A DNA stretch of 64,000 nucleotides, taken from NCBI GenBank assembly GCA_003971905.1, contig RSEE01000060.1, positions 62,001 to 126,000 on the forward strand. Direction: 5' to 3'. Below the pieces are notes generated by a model, which searched no databases, had not been told where the DNA came from, and saw only the letters and a list, made by a program, of their open reading frames with translations. Origin of the DNA: Moniliella sp. 'wahieum'. Lineage: Eukaryota. Positions 12,575-26,871 of this stretch are shown in pieces. Each line of letters opens with the position of its first letter. Within the stretch, counting starts at the first letter, position 1. The translations under genes were made by a program, and so were the position numbers.

Positions 12575-14070
12575 GGCGCCGGGCACGTGGGGGGGGAGGC
12601 GGCGAAAGGCGGCCAGGAGACGCGTGGGGGGTGGGTTGGATGGGGCCGGCAGGAGCGCCGCACGAGCTGGCCTGGCCTGGGTTGGAGGTGGCCGAGGGTG
12701 GCCGAGGGTGGGCGGGATGCGGATGGACGGGATGGACGGGATGCGCTGGATGGGCGGGATGGGCGGGATGGGCGTGGGGATGGACTGGCATAGGCGCCAT
12801 GCCATGTCACATGTGATGTGGGATGCAGGGTGAGGTCGGTCTGAGAGCCCCCGCAGTGTTCCTGAGGCATCACGTGACGTGTGACGCCACCCGGCCAAGC
12901 ACAATGGAGGCCCCACAGGGCCACTGTGCTGCTGGCCCAGCCGCCGATTGAAAGTTGAAATGCACCTCGGGCGCCGCGGCGCTGGATCGTTGCGCGTGGA
13001 GCAGGTCGACCCATCTCACCGGTCACCCATCCCCTCCATGCCACACGTCAAACCACCGCAGCACAGCACCAGCCACCCCCATCCCGCTTGTGCGCCAAAA
13101 AAATACCAAGAAAAGAAAAACGATACCGCCGGCAGACTCCTACCGAACAGTGGACCATCAGTACAGTGGTTATGCCTGCCATACTGGCGGGGGCTGGCAG
13201 AGCCTATAGCCTGAAGGAAGGGTGTTCCCATTTGCGTTAGCCCTGCCGCCGAACCTGTCACACTCGAGAACCTAGCAATAAAAACTCGTAGCTTGTTTTG
13301 AATCCCCACCGGCACCCTTGAACAATTCCCTACGCCACCACTCCTCGAGGAACCCATCATGACTCTCTCGGGCATAGCATAGCAGTTGGCACCCAGAAAA
13401 GTTAGCTCCTTCCATCATGGAGTTGCTTTCCATCCAATCTTGATCTTATACCGCATTGGCCTTGGACGCCAGGACGTCCTCTTTATCTGTGATCGAATCG
13501 CAACTCCTTTTGGAGAGGTGTTTCTTCTGCCTCAAATGAAACGATTAGGTCTTCGGACTTCTTCCTTACGACAGGGCCGGGAGGAAGGGGACTGCTTATC
13601 TTTCTCCGCTCATCGTCGACATCAACTTTGCCGCCCGCTACTTCCTGCCCAAGCTCCGCCACTGTACCGAATTCACATATTCGCACCGTTTTGTTCGCCT
13701 CCCCATCTTCCAGCAAGCCACCCTTGACACAACCCTTCTACATCCCGACTTCCGCAAGCTCCGACCGCATATCCGCTGACTTAACAAAGTCTCTGCATCT
13801 GCACCTCACACCCTGAACCAACCCAGTAGGCAGGTCGTGCAAGGGAGCCCTCCGGCTCGCCTTGCTGGATCTATGGGCGGAACTAACCGCGATTCGGTAG
13901 ACTAGATGCATACAGTCGTTTTGATGCCATTGACGACCTCGGCCGGAATGCAGCAGCCCGGCAGGAGTAGGACGACCCCGTCCAGGAGATCAGGCAGGAA
14001 ATCAAGGCAAGTTCCCAGCGGGAGGGATACCGACAACCTCGCGGTAGGGCATGCAGGGTAGGTGCCCAGT

Positions 14071-14651
14071 TTAATCTTCCGTCCTGGACGATCGTGCCCT
14101 TGGCCGAGACGTAGAGACCGTCCAAGAACTTACGGATATCCTTGTTGCGCACAAGGCAAGCACCGTGCATGTCGGCGGCCGACTGGGAGACGGCGTTGAT
14201 GTCGTTGCCCTCGATCAGCACCTGGTCCTTCTGCGCCTTGTCCTCCGTGATGGTCACACCCCGCGCATGGGTACGTGGCGCACGCGCTTCTCTCCCAAGA
14301 AGTTCCGAATCTCCACCGCCCGCTTGTCGCCGGCAATGATGAGGTTGACGGGGAAATGGGCGTAGACTGCGCGCACCTTGTACTGGAACCCCTTCGTCAC
14401 GCCCTTGATCATGTTGGCCACAACCGAAGCTGCAGTACGCAGGCACGCAACGTGCTTACGTCCACCGTGCCACACCACAAAGCGCACCTTGGTCCCCTTG
14501 GGGTCCTTGACCAGGCGGACCTCCATGTTGAGGTGCTTGAGCGACTTGCTCAGCTCGCCACGGGGACCCTTGACCCATACGTCGCGCGAGGCCACCTTCA
14601 CCTCGACATCGGCCGGACGGGGATCTCAATGTCCTTGTAAATCTGCAGCAT
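14071..14651 (-). CDS. RPL9: 60S ribosomal protein L9 (uL6)
   Basis: VKGPRGEL, NMIKGVTKGFQYKVRAVYAHFPVN, EIRNFLGEK, NKDIRKFLDGLYVS; 5'UTR intron 14665-14855; several frameshifts. Confidence 0.97.
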
Positions 14652-16352
14652 TGCGAATGGGTTCCTGCACAACGGGGAGAGGAGAAACGTTAGTCGGCCA
14701 AGGTCCCGCACACGCCAAAACCCACTGTAATGATCCGGCGGGGAAGCGGCAGCTGGCAAGAGGAGGGCAGGAGAAGACGCCGCTTCCAAGCGCGGGTGGG
14801 CGTCGATCCTCAGCGCATCCACCAGCGTGCCATCCAAGCCCAAGAACCAGCTTACCTTGAGGCCGCCCGGCTGTCGTGCTTGGTGCGTGGATGAAGAGGC
14901 GGGGCCGGTGGCCGCCAGCCTAGAGGCCGTGCCGAATCGGAGAGGAGAACAGCGCTGCTAGACTGCCCAGTGCCCACTTCGGGGTTTCGTCCAGTACGGG
15001 GTCGCTGTTGGCGCAATTATTCTTGGCTTTTCCCGCCAACCCTAATACCACCGCTACTTGACTATGGCAGCGAAGCGCCGGGCCTTAACATGCTGGCCGC
15101 CGGATGCCTCTGCCATGTTACCTGCAGCAGCACGATGCCACCACCAGGCCCGAATCTTCCATCGGCGTCCAATCATCGGCGTTCCACGTTTTTGCTCAGC
15201 CCCTCTATCCTTTCGGTCACGTTGCCCTTTCTTGGCCGCCCTAGTTTTCCAGAATAGATGGATCTCTCGGCGCTGGCGTCCGCCACACAGCCGGCAGATT
15301 ATATGCAAGTGATACTAAAAGCCCGCTCAGTGGTTATCAACGCATCCCGCCCTATATGCGGGGGAATATAGTGAGTCCCAGGACTTCCTGCAGGGATGTA
15401 TGGTCCTATGGACCTAAAGGGATGTGTATGATGCTTGGATTGATCGAACACGTATCGGTCACCCAAGAGCCTATCGTTCCTATAGCCACTTCCTTCAGGA
15501 CTTACTCTTAACCGTGTCTCCCTGTTTGGCGTATAGTATAAACCACCGGCATGCCAACATTTGTCCGGCTCTCCCATTTGTATCCTTCCTCTGTTGGAGC
15601 TGTTGAAGAGATCCCACTCTTGAAATAGAACTGCTATCTCTCTCTCTTTCCCCATCTTTCACAGATTGTGCTCTTTGACGGCCCACTGGTGTAGTGGCGC
15701 CGGCAGCCCAAGCCGGAACGTTCGGGTTCAACGTGCATCTCCTGTGGAATATTCCTTCCTGGCGCAGGAATATTCTCTAGCCTCCGTCCGTAGCCCACGC
15801 ACTCATGTGCAATGCAATACATTATCAACTGTCTGCTCTCTAGTCTTCCACAAGCCCGCATCCCTCTTCATCGGCAGAGCTTTTTGCCTCGTCTTCCACA
15901 CTTGTATAGGGTGCAGCTTGCATGTGGGTGGAGACTCTCCAGTGATACATAGACACGTGGCATAGAAACAGGCGCAAGGTCAAACAGAAACAAAGTCGGA
16001 TTCCCAGTCCAGACATATTAGCGACTAGGATAAGTCATGTGACAAAGTCTGGTCGTTCTGGGCAGGCTAGCAAGCGGAACCATAGGGAAAAAGTGGGCGC
16101 AAAATGAAAGAAAATGCAGTTGCCGTGTTGGGAGACCAGCATAAAACCGGACGGGGTTGAGGATTTGTGGAAATGCGGAAAGGCGCAAGAGGCGAGATGG
16201 GAGTTAGATACCACTCGAGAACGGATGCGGGTGCGTGCGGTCGAGTGTTGGAGTGATGGTGGGTTTTGAGAGATGATGGGGAGCAGCAAAGAAGGAACAG
16301 CAAAACCCCTTAGGGTAGAGATAGCGTCCCATACAGAAGCTGTATGCGTTGA

Positions 16353-17950
16353 TCATGCCTGTGGCTTAAGGGAGGCAGTGGAAGTACGCGGCTTGGCCCG
16401 AGGCGTTGAGGAAGTCAAAGTGAGGTGCTTGTGGTTGGGGCTGTGGTTGAAGTGTTTGATCAGCTGTTGAAGGATGCGTTTTGAAAGACATGGATCTATC
16501 AGTGTACGTGGGAGCGGAAGGGGGGGCACGAATTCCCCATGGAATCCCTGCATGGTAGTGTCCACAAGCTATGACAAGGGGGTTTCCGCAATCCCGGCTG
16601 GTGTGGCCGGAACGGAACCTCCCACTTGAGGTCATGGAAGGGTCGAAATGGACGACTGGCGCGAACAGGTTGGGTCCATCGCGTTGGTGGCGTGTGTGTG
16701 CAGTGATTCGCTGAAGTCGACGGTCCCCGCAAACCATCCATGAAAATGGTTCCTGTAACGCCGGGCGTGCCACATGGTCCAAGGCGTATTTCAGTACTAG
16801 GTTTTGGGCCCTAGCACGTTGGGACTGGCGAATTTTTGGTTGAGCAAAGCAGAAGGATCGCCGGACAAACTCATCACAAGGCGGTGTAGCAGGTCAAAGG
16901 CCGCCTTTGCCGTCCCATCGTAGTAGAGCGGACGTAACTCTGGGCGTCCGTCATTCCACAGATGACTCGGGCAAGAGGATGAACAGCCGCTGCCAAATGT
17001 GCTGATGAAATACCGACAAATGCGCGGTAATAGAGGCTAAGTTGGGCCAGATAGTGAGCCACCCATTCGACCTGGGGAGGCTCTTGAAGAGCTTGGCACT
17101 TGAAAGATCCAGTCGCTTACCGTCGGCTGGCCCAAGCTCCATGACAAAGTGCTAAGGATGTGCTGGCTCATCTGGATGAACGATTTCATCAAACGTGCTT
17201 CGCACAGCTCACGGCATTGCTGTAACGAAGGTCGATGGGCCTTGGCGTTATCGTACTTGCTGGCAATGAGCAATGCACAGCATGCCATGAGCTGGCAGTG
17301 CTTACGCAGGACCACCCGTTTGGACATGTATCGATCGACATGTTGACCGCTTGGTACAGAACTGATTCGATGCCCATATTGAAGCTCAAATGCACTTCGA
17401 CCAAGAAGTCGATCAGGAAACGACGCATGCACCACCCAACATGGGGCTGAGAATCATCATTGCACCTGAGGCACGCTGGCTGCCTGCACGTCCAAATGAT
17501 TAACGTCAGTAATCGGGTCAACTGGATTGAAGACGAGAAGTAGATCTGTACCTCGAGCTGGAGCATGTGATTGATTGCATCCTCCTGGTATTCGTCTTCA
17601 AACATCCAGTCGGGCACGGTTGAAGCGACTGGTGGGATGGAAGAAAGTGAGCGAGAGTGCTTCAGCTGTGCGTGATTATTATCAAGGATGGCCAGCGACG
17701 GCACCGAGACGGAGCGTGCCATGGTCACAGACGATAGCACCGCTGCTTGCCCGGGCCCGGTGAGCTCCGGAGCCTGTGCGGACCCGGCGCCAGCTGGGGC
17801 TCACTCGGCTCGGATGGGAGTGCGGAACCATGCTGGGCGGCGTTCTGGTGGGGTGGTGGGGGGAGAGGCGAGTAGGCCGGCTGATGGACGACGTTCTGGC
17901 GCGGGCAACCGAGCCTTGGAGCTTGACGCAAGGATGCAGGCGACTGGCAT
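16353..17950 (-). CDS. Cyclin, G1/S (Cln/Puc1-like) type
   Basis: Cyclin box MRRFLIDFLVEVH...AVNM-DRYMSKRVV...QLMACCALLIASKY, FIQMSQHILSTLSWSLGQPT, MAHYLAQLSLYYRAF; both ends uncertain. Confidence 0.82.
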
Positions 17951-18881
17951 GCGGAAGTCGGAACTGTGTGGTTGCCGAGTTAGATACGCCGATAGAAGGG
18001 TGATCATCGATCAGTTTGATCTATCGCAGAGAAGTTGCTACTCATCACGTCGGCGGCAGCAAGTACCAAGTGTTCTGCTGAAAACGCGCTCAAACATAGC
18101 ATAACGCAGGAACGCGTAACGCGTAACTACTAGCCAGCGGCTTCTAGCGTCTCCTCGTCCTCAGTGTACTCAGTACTAGTTACTAGCTTTGCTACTGCGG
18201 CCTCAACGAATTCAACCAACGTACAATGTCACACAGCGCCACCACCGGCCACCGTGGATTGCGGCAACTTGCAAAACACCGTGCACACCCACATATTTGC
18301 TCAAAAGCTCTTGCCTCCACGTTTTTCCTTCCTTGCCGCCCAGTTGCCGCCCACGGGTGGGTCGAGGGTGGGTCGGCCACCCATATGCAGAGGTGGAAAT
18401 GCACCATGGATCACGCTCGATGCGTCCTGTCCGTGAGCCTCAGCTGAGGCCTGAGCCTCAGGCTCATTGCAGAGTTTCAGGGTCTCGCTGCTCAAAAGCC
18501 TCAAAGTCAACACCAGGCACCGTTTCATGCCATTCCCGGCCATCGGCCATCCCACACGGGGGGTACCGCTACTCCGTAGAGACTATAGTTTTTACTGATA
18601 CGTGATGGGCAGATGCGCTGACATGGCCTGTGGGTCGCATAGCCCCCAGGGTGCCGCGTGACGCGTGTGACGTCTGTGCTGCACGTTACCTATTTACCTG
18701 TACTTATTGGCCTTCTATACGTGTCGCAAAAATATAAGCTTCGATCAAAGACATTTGCTGATGCGCTGAAGGTTTGCAGAGGGCACACCAGGGCATATAC
18801 CGGGGCATACCCGAGACTTCAAGATGTTGGGCCGATATGGTATGGTATGTCTAGCTGCCGGAGGAATACCGGTAGGGACCA

Positions 18882-19118
18882 TGTAGGACTGGGACGCCCC
18901 GAATTCATCGCCCCAAGGCGGATGAGATCGTGATGATATCGAATGCTGAATGAGGAGTGGAATGGAGGATGTGGTTCTGAGGAGAGGTACAGGAGGCTAT
19001 GAGAAGGGTAGGGCCTTATATAGACGAGGGTACCGCGGAGCTGAGGGAGCGTCCGGGCGGATAAGAGGGGGGTGATGACTATCACGCAGGATGGCGTGAT
19101 TGGGGCATCGCCCCAACA
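18882..19118. mobile_element. Probable diverged solo LTR
   Basis: Ends CCAACA after hairpin TTGGGGC-ATC-GCCCCAA; contains TTATATAG; purine-rich stretch resembles the 60415 LTR; left end either 18882 (TGTAGG, 237 bp, no TSD) or 18944 (TG preceded by TCGAA, matching TCGAA at 19119-19123). Confidence 0.45.
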
Positions 19119-19189
19119 TCGAAACATCAGTAAATCGGTAATCAGTATGTTCGGGAACCTTAATCTTAATCAGGTTGAACGTGCATCAT

Positions 19190-19780
19190 ACTGATCGAAC
19201 TGATCTGAGATGTGAGAGAGCCTGTGAGGATGAGGCGATGAGGGGTTAAATTTAAACGTTAAACGTTAAGGCTAAAGTCGCTTCAAGAGCGTTAAACGCG
19301 TTAAACGTTAAACGTTTAACGCTAAAGCGCTGAAGGGTTTCTCTCGGATTTCAGATCTCAAGCCTACCTCAAGCTTTAGGCCTTAGGCCTCAGAAGTTAA
19401 CCGTAACTCGTAATCACCGGCCCATTGCGGAGGAGAATCATTCATTAGTCAGGCGTTACGCGTTAGGTTTAGGCCTTACGCGTTACGCCTTAGGGCCTTA
19501 GACGCCTCTAACTCAGATCTCAGACTGACCTCATGTGGAAAGCGTCGTGGCAAGCGCTAGTGTGGGCCCAAGATGCTAAGACCTCAATTTCAGAGGCCTA
19601 AGGTTATAGGGGCCGCGTCTGGCTAGGCTGGCTTTAATTCACGAAGTCCTGATCGATGATCATGCATTAACCACTGGCCACAGGTGAGCTCACCGGCCAC
19701 CGGGTCACCGGCCATCGATATCTGGTCCCTTCAGTGGTCCCTGTTAGTCCTCAAATCACTAGTCACTAGTTACCCAGTGG
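19190..19780. repeat. Island of 7-bp-period palindromic repeats
   Basis: AAATTT-A-AACGTT-A-AACGTT at 19248-19267; AAGCTT-T-AGGCCT-T-AGGCCT at 19371-19390; ACTAGT-C-ACTAGT near 19758. Confidence 0.9.
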
Positions 19781-22059
19781 CCCAAGTATAGTCACCACTC
19801 CGATCTTGGTTTGTGCTTCATATTCCTCTTTTCCCACCGTAACACCTGATGAGGGGCTTATTCCGCTGTAGACTGAATGGCATTTGTGTGTATACTGTGT
19901 ATCGAGGGCTGTTACTTTTGGGGGCCACAAAATAGTGAATATAGTATGTGAACGGATGGCGGGGGCACCAACTGGTCCTGCTCTCCTGGCGATTCCCCTG
20001 GTTCCTTAAGCGGGGTTGGCGCTACCGAGCGGCACACACCAAAATGAACGGGTCGGTTAAGGCGTAGCGTTTCCCTGTCCCAGTCTTAAGCTCTGTCAAT
20101 GATATGGATGCAAAAGTATGGAACATGTCCAGATGATCCTGTGTTGTGTTGTGCGCATACAGTACAACATGCACTCGGCTCTATATCTTTTGCCAAGATC
20201 GGCACGTGATCGATCCAAGAATAAGTGTTGTGACTGGGGGACGGGGCTATATATATCCGGAAGTGTGGTTAAGAGTGTATGGTCCCACACTGGCTAAATG
20301 TTTCCATCCCATATCGGGTGTGTATGCCAGTAGCACTCAATTAGCCATATACAAAACCCGCCGTTGGTACTCTTCTTAACCTCCAACACTATCCTATTAA
20401 GCAATCCTATAGCATGTCCTTACCAACAACAGCCTACCTTCTGTCACCCCACCATGGTGGTACTGTGTGGTCGACATCATCGTAGAGACCCAGGTGGGCA
20501 GGGTATAAAATTCGCTCACCTAATCCCTCTTCCATCTCTTTCACGGGCCGACTTTGATACGCATTACACATCCTTCTCTTCCATTATCGATTATCGTCGA
20601 TCCCGCTTTTCGGCTTCTCTTCCCGTCACTCTCAGCTTTTTTTCTCCGTTTCTTTCCCTCTTCCTCTCTCTCGACTCGGCTTCTCTCCCAGTACTATCAC
20701 AAAATCCAAGAACCTACAAAAATCTCTTCTCTTCGTCTCCGTCTTGCTCTCCGCCTAAAAGCCAACACTATTATTATACGCCAGGTTCCGACTTTCTTCG
20801 TTTCCCTGTGTATTCGACATCTCTATGTCTCCTTCGCCACCCTTTTTTTACAAAATCGGCCCTTTCTTTGATCCCACAACATCACGGCCAAGCCACCCCC
20901 CATTTCTCTCCCCTCTCTCCACTTCTTCTAGGTACACTCCCTACTAGATGAACCACCCTTTGGATCAGGTCCCTTGCCCTCCCCACTCATCGGAGCCCAC
21001 CTTCACCTCCGTTGCGTATACAGCTCAACTGCCTCTGGACGCTCTTCTGTCTCTACCCGATGACTATAACATAAGACATTACTCGTGTGATATAGGTTCA
21101 AGCATCAAGCTGGTTGCCATAGTTTGGCTGATATCGCTCCATTTCCAATTTCTTCTTCGTCTCGAGCGTCTCGCTCCATCTTTCCACTTCGTACCATGTC
21201 CTCGCTCATGCTTTTCCCCCAGCAGTTCGGATATAGGCCTGCCCCTCAGCCTGGGGAGGGACTAACTGAAGGGACCATGGCCACGAACGCATGACCCACG
21301 TTCTGGCTCAAACCCCGCAAGGATATCTATATCCTCCACCTCAAGGTTTGTGAGTAGACGAATGATGGTACTACAAGGGCAATTATCCTCAAGGTGAGGC
21401 TCATGATGGTTGTCAAAGGCACTTAGTTGGTTCTCAATGTGTATATCTCGCTTGTTCCACCAAGGTTCAGAGGCTTCAAGGGCGTCATCTGACATTGGGC
21501 TTCACGCTACGCCGTGATGCCTCGGTTCCATGCGTCAGCCTGAGGGAAAGTTCCAGTACGCAGACTATGTCTGTGCGAGAAGACCCAGATGCCAATTCAG
21601 AAAGCAAAGGCACCCGTCTTTCGGCGATTATACGCATCCTTCTCTCTCGGTGTGGTAATAACTGTGGCTAGATCTTAGCCTTCATTAACGTGATTGGGCT
21701 AACAGGGCCATAAAACGATTGCACCGATTGCCGGCGGGGTTAATCACCGATCCGATGCGGGATAGTTGATAGGGTTCGTTCAGCTTGGGATAAAGCACTG
21801 ACCCCGTGCTGGATCCACCGCAGCAGGGATAAAACACACACTGCTCTCTTGCGAGGCCTTTCGGATTGCGCCTGAGCGCGACACAGCCCCTGCGCCAGGC
21901 CGGCATTGCCAGCGTCGAGCACCGAGCAGTCGGGACCACCGCACACGACAGCCTGCTGTCCACCACCTTGAGCTGTCCACAGAACAGGTAAGTCATGCTG
22001 CCGGAGTGTTTCCCTATGGTCGATGCCGAGCGCAGAATGCTGATGAGGCGGGGACAGAA

Positions 22060-22326
22060 ATGACCCGGGGCACGACTTCGTTTGGTCTGCGCCACATCAA
22101 GGCGCACACGCTCTGCCGCCGGTGCGGCAAGCGCTCCTTCCACAAACAGCACAAGGAGTGCGCCTCGTGCGGTTACCCCTCGGCTAAGACGCGCTCGTAC
22201 CAATGGGGCCAAAAGGCTATCCGGCGCCGTACTACTGGCACTGGCCGCATGCGCCACCTCAAGACGGTGGCGCGCAAGGCAAAGAACGGCTTCCGCTCGG
22301 GTGCCCCCAAGGCTGCCTCGGCCTAA
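22060..22326 (+). CDS. RPL37: 60S ribosomal protein L37 (eL37)
   Basis: [23 protein letters not shown]...CASCGYP...[14 protein letters not shown]; 5'UTR intron 21988-22057. Confidence 0.98.
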   Translation: MTRGTTSFGLRHIKAHTLCRRCGKRSFHKQHKECASCGYPSAKTRSYQWGQKAIRRRTTGTGRMRHLKTVARKAKNGFRSGAPKAASA

Positions 22327-25300
22327 GCTTGTCTGTGTCTACCTATATACTTCGTAGGCTGCACGCGGCGCGTGCATGCTGTACCTCTCCAAAATATGGC
22401 AATTTTGAGCCTCAAGTCCAACCGAACAGATCTATGGCTTGATGGGTTTGCATTGCTATATGAATGTCACTTGGACGAGATGCCGAAGAAAAGGATTGAT
22501 CCGGGCCGTGTTGCCGGGATATCCAGCTACGACAAGTGCCATTTCGCATACGGGATGGACAACCACTGCAGTTCAAGCACATGCTGTCTCCTTGTCCCTG
22601 GCCTACTTTCATCAATCATCCAGCATTGCGTAGGCTTCGCTAGTTTGATTGAGCACAGTAGGTGGTGGCATCTTCGGGGCGAGTGGGATCATTTTGTGCT
22701 CACCTGTGACAGCGAGCAAACCTCGTAACCATGATGCATGCTGTATGATGTGGTAACTGAGATATTTCAGCCTCCGGTTCGGCCCTTCTCGGATAGAACT
22801 GTACTCCACGAGCCTCTGTTTTATGGCCTGACCGTGCAGGGTGAAGGTGCCAGGCTTTGGTTGGCATATCAGCTAAGAGAGACGATGATAAGGTTTTTTG
22901 TCGGGACGGCTTCCTTCCTGCAATTCCGTAAAATAAGAGATCATGCAGATCATGAGAGAGCGCCGGACAAGAACAACTCGCTCCTGCTGGCGAAAGGGAA
23001 ATGAGTTGCGAAAGTGTGGTCGCCGTTTTGGAGGGGGACGCTAAGGCAAATTTGGTATCGGTGTTGTTTTGTGACCAAAAAAAGGCGAAATGGAAAGCAT
23101 TCCTAAGTAGTACGCGTAAGATAAGTATCGCGTTGGCCTGTTGTACACAAGACGCATTCAGCCTTACCACTGCACACCAGCGACTTGAGGGGGTTTATTG
23201 ACGAAGAGACGAGATAGTAACGAGAAGGGAGAACCAAGGATCATTTTGGGTAGCGACTAGAGATGATGGTATGATGGTAAACAAACACGGTCTGAGACCA
23301 TTTATTGTTTCCCCACTTTTAAGGGGCAAGCTAGCTACACCCTCCCCCGCGTCACCTCTATGGTCTCCCACGCTACAAAGGAAAACGTCAGTCGCTACCA
23401 ATCTCAATTCTTCTTGGAGCGAAGCAGCTGACGAAGCTCCCCCTGAGTGCAGGCCACAACTCCACAGCAGAAAGCGCCCACGAAGGGCAATGCCATTTAA
23501 CTTGAGCACATGACCCACCTTGGTTCCCGTATCTTGTCCAAGACCCACTCTGACCGCGGTCTTTTTCCTCTCGAAGCACGTACCCACGACCTCGGTCCCT
23601 TCTTCTCTTCTCGCTAGATCCCAGTCCCTTCGTAGCTTGAGGGTGGCGGGGCGTTATTCTTTATTCAAGGTCGTAGTCACGGAGGAGTGACGCAAGCTTC
23701 CGTGTTCCAAGAATGGTAATGCGCTGTGCAGGAACGCCGTCACCAGATGCCCCGGGGCCCGCCTGCCTTTCCTAACGTCACGTCTCGCCTATATATTCTC
23801 AGTGGGAATGCACCTATGGCTATATATACTAGTATTGTGGGTGATTTTGGTGCTTGGGTCGTCTATACTATCATTGATTCGATAGCGGAGACTGCGTATT
23901 TCCAACATCCGTTGTGTCGCTGTTGGAGTTTGGAGTGCTAGCAGATCAGCTTGATCAACGCTTCAGTACTCAGTACTCAGTCGGAAAAATGAGCACAGGC
24001 TCGTGAGCTCACGCGAGCAAAGCAGAGAGAGAGAGAGGTGGGGGGAGCGAGGCGGTGGTGGATTATGACAGAAGCATCAATCGGGCATAAGGGCAGTTCC
24101 CCGGAGCATCCCCTATCTGGGCTGTCTCGCTCCTTGGATTCTTGTAGTGACGGGGCGCTTGATCCAGAACAAGGAACTATCCCTGCCTATCTGGGCGATG
24201 AGACGAAGAGAACGACGGCCCCCGCCTGCTTACATCTCCGTGGGACCTACTTGTCGCAACCGAAAGACGCCAAGGGATTTGACCCGGCTGATGATGGGGA
24301 TGGCGATGGCCCTTGGGGTGCAGCAGGCGATTGCTCGATGGTCGATATTGACTTGATGGCCCAGGGTTGCCGTGGGAAGAAAAACTACCTCTCCCAACGA
24401 AAAGATTCAAGGTATTTTACCTCAACATATGGCACATCACCATCGTCCTCGTCCTCGTCTGGTCTAAAACAACGCCCCACACCGTCTTCACTCGCCGTGT
24501 GCAGCCTATGGACCTAGATGGCCAGGCGAAGCCCGATACCTCGTACCCCCGCCAACACTGTCCCAATGTTTCTGCATCCAACGCGACTGGTACTCTCAGC
24601 ACGTCCACGAGCCACCAGGCCCCTTATTCCCACTCCTACTTTGATGATCAAAGGGCGGAAGAGTAGATGGAGTTCGACGAAAGTGATCCGGAAGCTATGT
24701 CTGCCGACGAGAAGGTACCGAGTGGGACGTACGAAACACATCTATCGGCGGAAAAGGATGGCAAGCTGGACATTTCAACTGGACACACCTACTATGTCGC
24801 CTCAAGCGGGTTAGCACCAGAAGTGTACGTGCTTCGAACCTCAAGTCGTCATTGTGACAGATCCAACTCACATGACAGCCACCAGTCTCACAACAGTACT
24901 CGGTCAAGAGATTCAGATCGCACCATTGTCGTCACTTGCCGCACCGGAGACGAAGGCGAAGGGAATAGGAAGGACTCGATCAGGTCTGACCTTATCCTCC
25001 CTTTCAGTCTCATGCCTTTCCTTGGGATGTGGCATGCTACCTGATGTTGAGAAACCCCTGCATTCGGATTTTGTTTTTTGTGCAACCACACCACACACCT
25101 CAGTCATGTATGCTCCTTCCCCGACCACATCGCCCTCTCACATTCCCAGTTTGCATCCTCCACCCCCCTTTCCCATCCGCACCGACTACATCCTCGGCTC
25201 TTGTCATTAAAGGCGGTTGTGATCGCCCGAAATGAGGGCACAGAGCATCAAATTCATCAGACATGACCTGAACCATCTCCGTCGCGTCGCTTGGGGACCG

Positions 25301-25874
25301 CAGCCCCCAAGAAGGTCGCTAAGGGCTCCAACAACATATTTTACCCGCTCAATTTTGCCCTTCCCACTTTTAGTACCACAACTAAAAGCGGATGGTGTTT
25401 CCTCTGTTCCATCTCTGCCTGCAATCCGGGCAGTGGGATGTGAAGCTTGCAGCACAAAACAATCAGTAGTTCAGATGAATACACTCCATTCTGACTATAC
25501 TTTCCCTTTCTTTTTTTTCCTGACCTTGTGGCCACATGGTGCTGACACTGCTTGAGCAGGCCAACAATGTGCAGAGTAAGGCTGCACATATGGGAGTGAT
25601 TATGACCACGGTTGCATCAAGGGCGACTAAGTTTTCGAAAAGAGCAAAAAGGTTAGGACTGTCGTCATCGACGTCATCCTCCAAGTCCATCCAGCACACT
25701 CTGGCGGACAGACAATCCGACGTTCCTGCATCAGCCGGCATGCAGAGCATCCCATTAGCATGTCTCTCCTCTATCTACTCCTTGACCCTCATTGTGCTCC
25801 ACAGTTGCTCTTGCGATGCATGCATTTTTGGACATGGCACCCTCGCGTCCAAGGAGGGTTTCCCAGGCAGCACA

Positions 25875-26871
25875 TTACCCGATGACAAGCTTGCCATCCG
25901 CATCGTTGAAGCTGTAAGTAGGAATTTCGAGGTTGAGCGGAGCAGGGCCCTTGCGAATACGGCCGGAAATGTCATAGTGAGAACCGTGGCAGGGCAGCAG
26001 AACCATCCACCATAGTCACCCGCCTCACCAATGGGAACACACCCAAGTGCGTGCAGACGCCGAGCATGACAAGCCATTCGGGGCGCTGGACACGCTGTTC
26101 GTCCGACTCGGGTCCCGAAGCGAGGCAACGTCCACCACGATTCGGCCTCCTTGATTTCTTCCGGGGTACGGTGGCGGACAAAGACGGGCTTGCCACGCCA
26201 TTTGATCACGGCATTCTTACCCAGCGGAATCGAATTCAGTTCCCCTCTACCTTGGCATGGCGAGAACGTCGGCGGAAGGACTAAGAGTGGAGGTAATCGT
26301 GCACAGCCGATTTGCCCCCCGCTGCCGTCAGAACACCCAAAGAGCCAATGACAAAGTACGACAGGGTCTGGTTCGCCTGCGGGTCCTTGACTCGCACATC
26401 GTCGTAGTCCGGCACCTTGGGTGCAACACTCTTGGTCGACGTAGACATGTACCGCTGCCCCCCCAGGCTGCGGGACGGGTTGGTGTTGAGCGCAGTTTTA
26501 AACGCACCGCTGGACGTCAGGCTACTTGCCCATTTGGGCGGCGCCTCGTGCCGAGGGTGCCCATGCTCCCCATGGGGCAGCAGACGCAGCTGCAGGGGCG
26601 TCGTCTTGGGAATACCAGTAGCCGTGGCAGCGACACTGGGCCTGTTGAACAGACACGGTCAGCATGGCGCATGGATACACAAGGCCGCAAGAACAGGAAG
26701 GCGGCTGAGTAGGCGCCACAACCTCGGGCAGACGCGCGGGAAGAGTGGGGGCCAGGCGGAAAACGGGGGGCGGGTGCATCGCACCAGGGCATGCGGGCAA
26801 TAGGAGCAGGATGGGGGGCACGTACGCCAGGTGAGGGGCTTCTTGAGCACGAAGCGCGTGAGGCTGGCCAT
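25875..26871 (-). CDS. RIP1: Cytochrome bc1 Rieske iron-sulfur protein
   Basis: [43 protein letters not shown], ends LVIG-stop; N-terminal [11 protein letters not shown] presequence followed by GTACGT intron. Confidence 0.96.
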
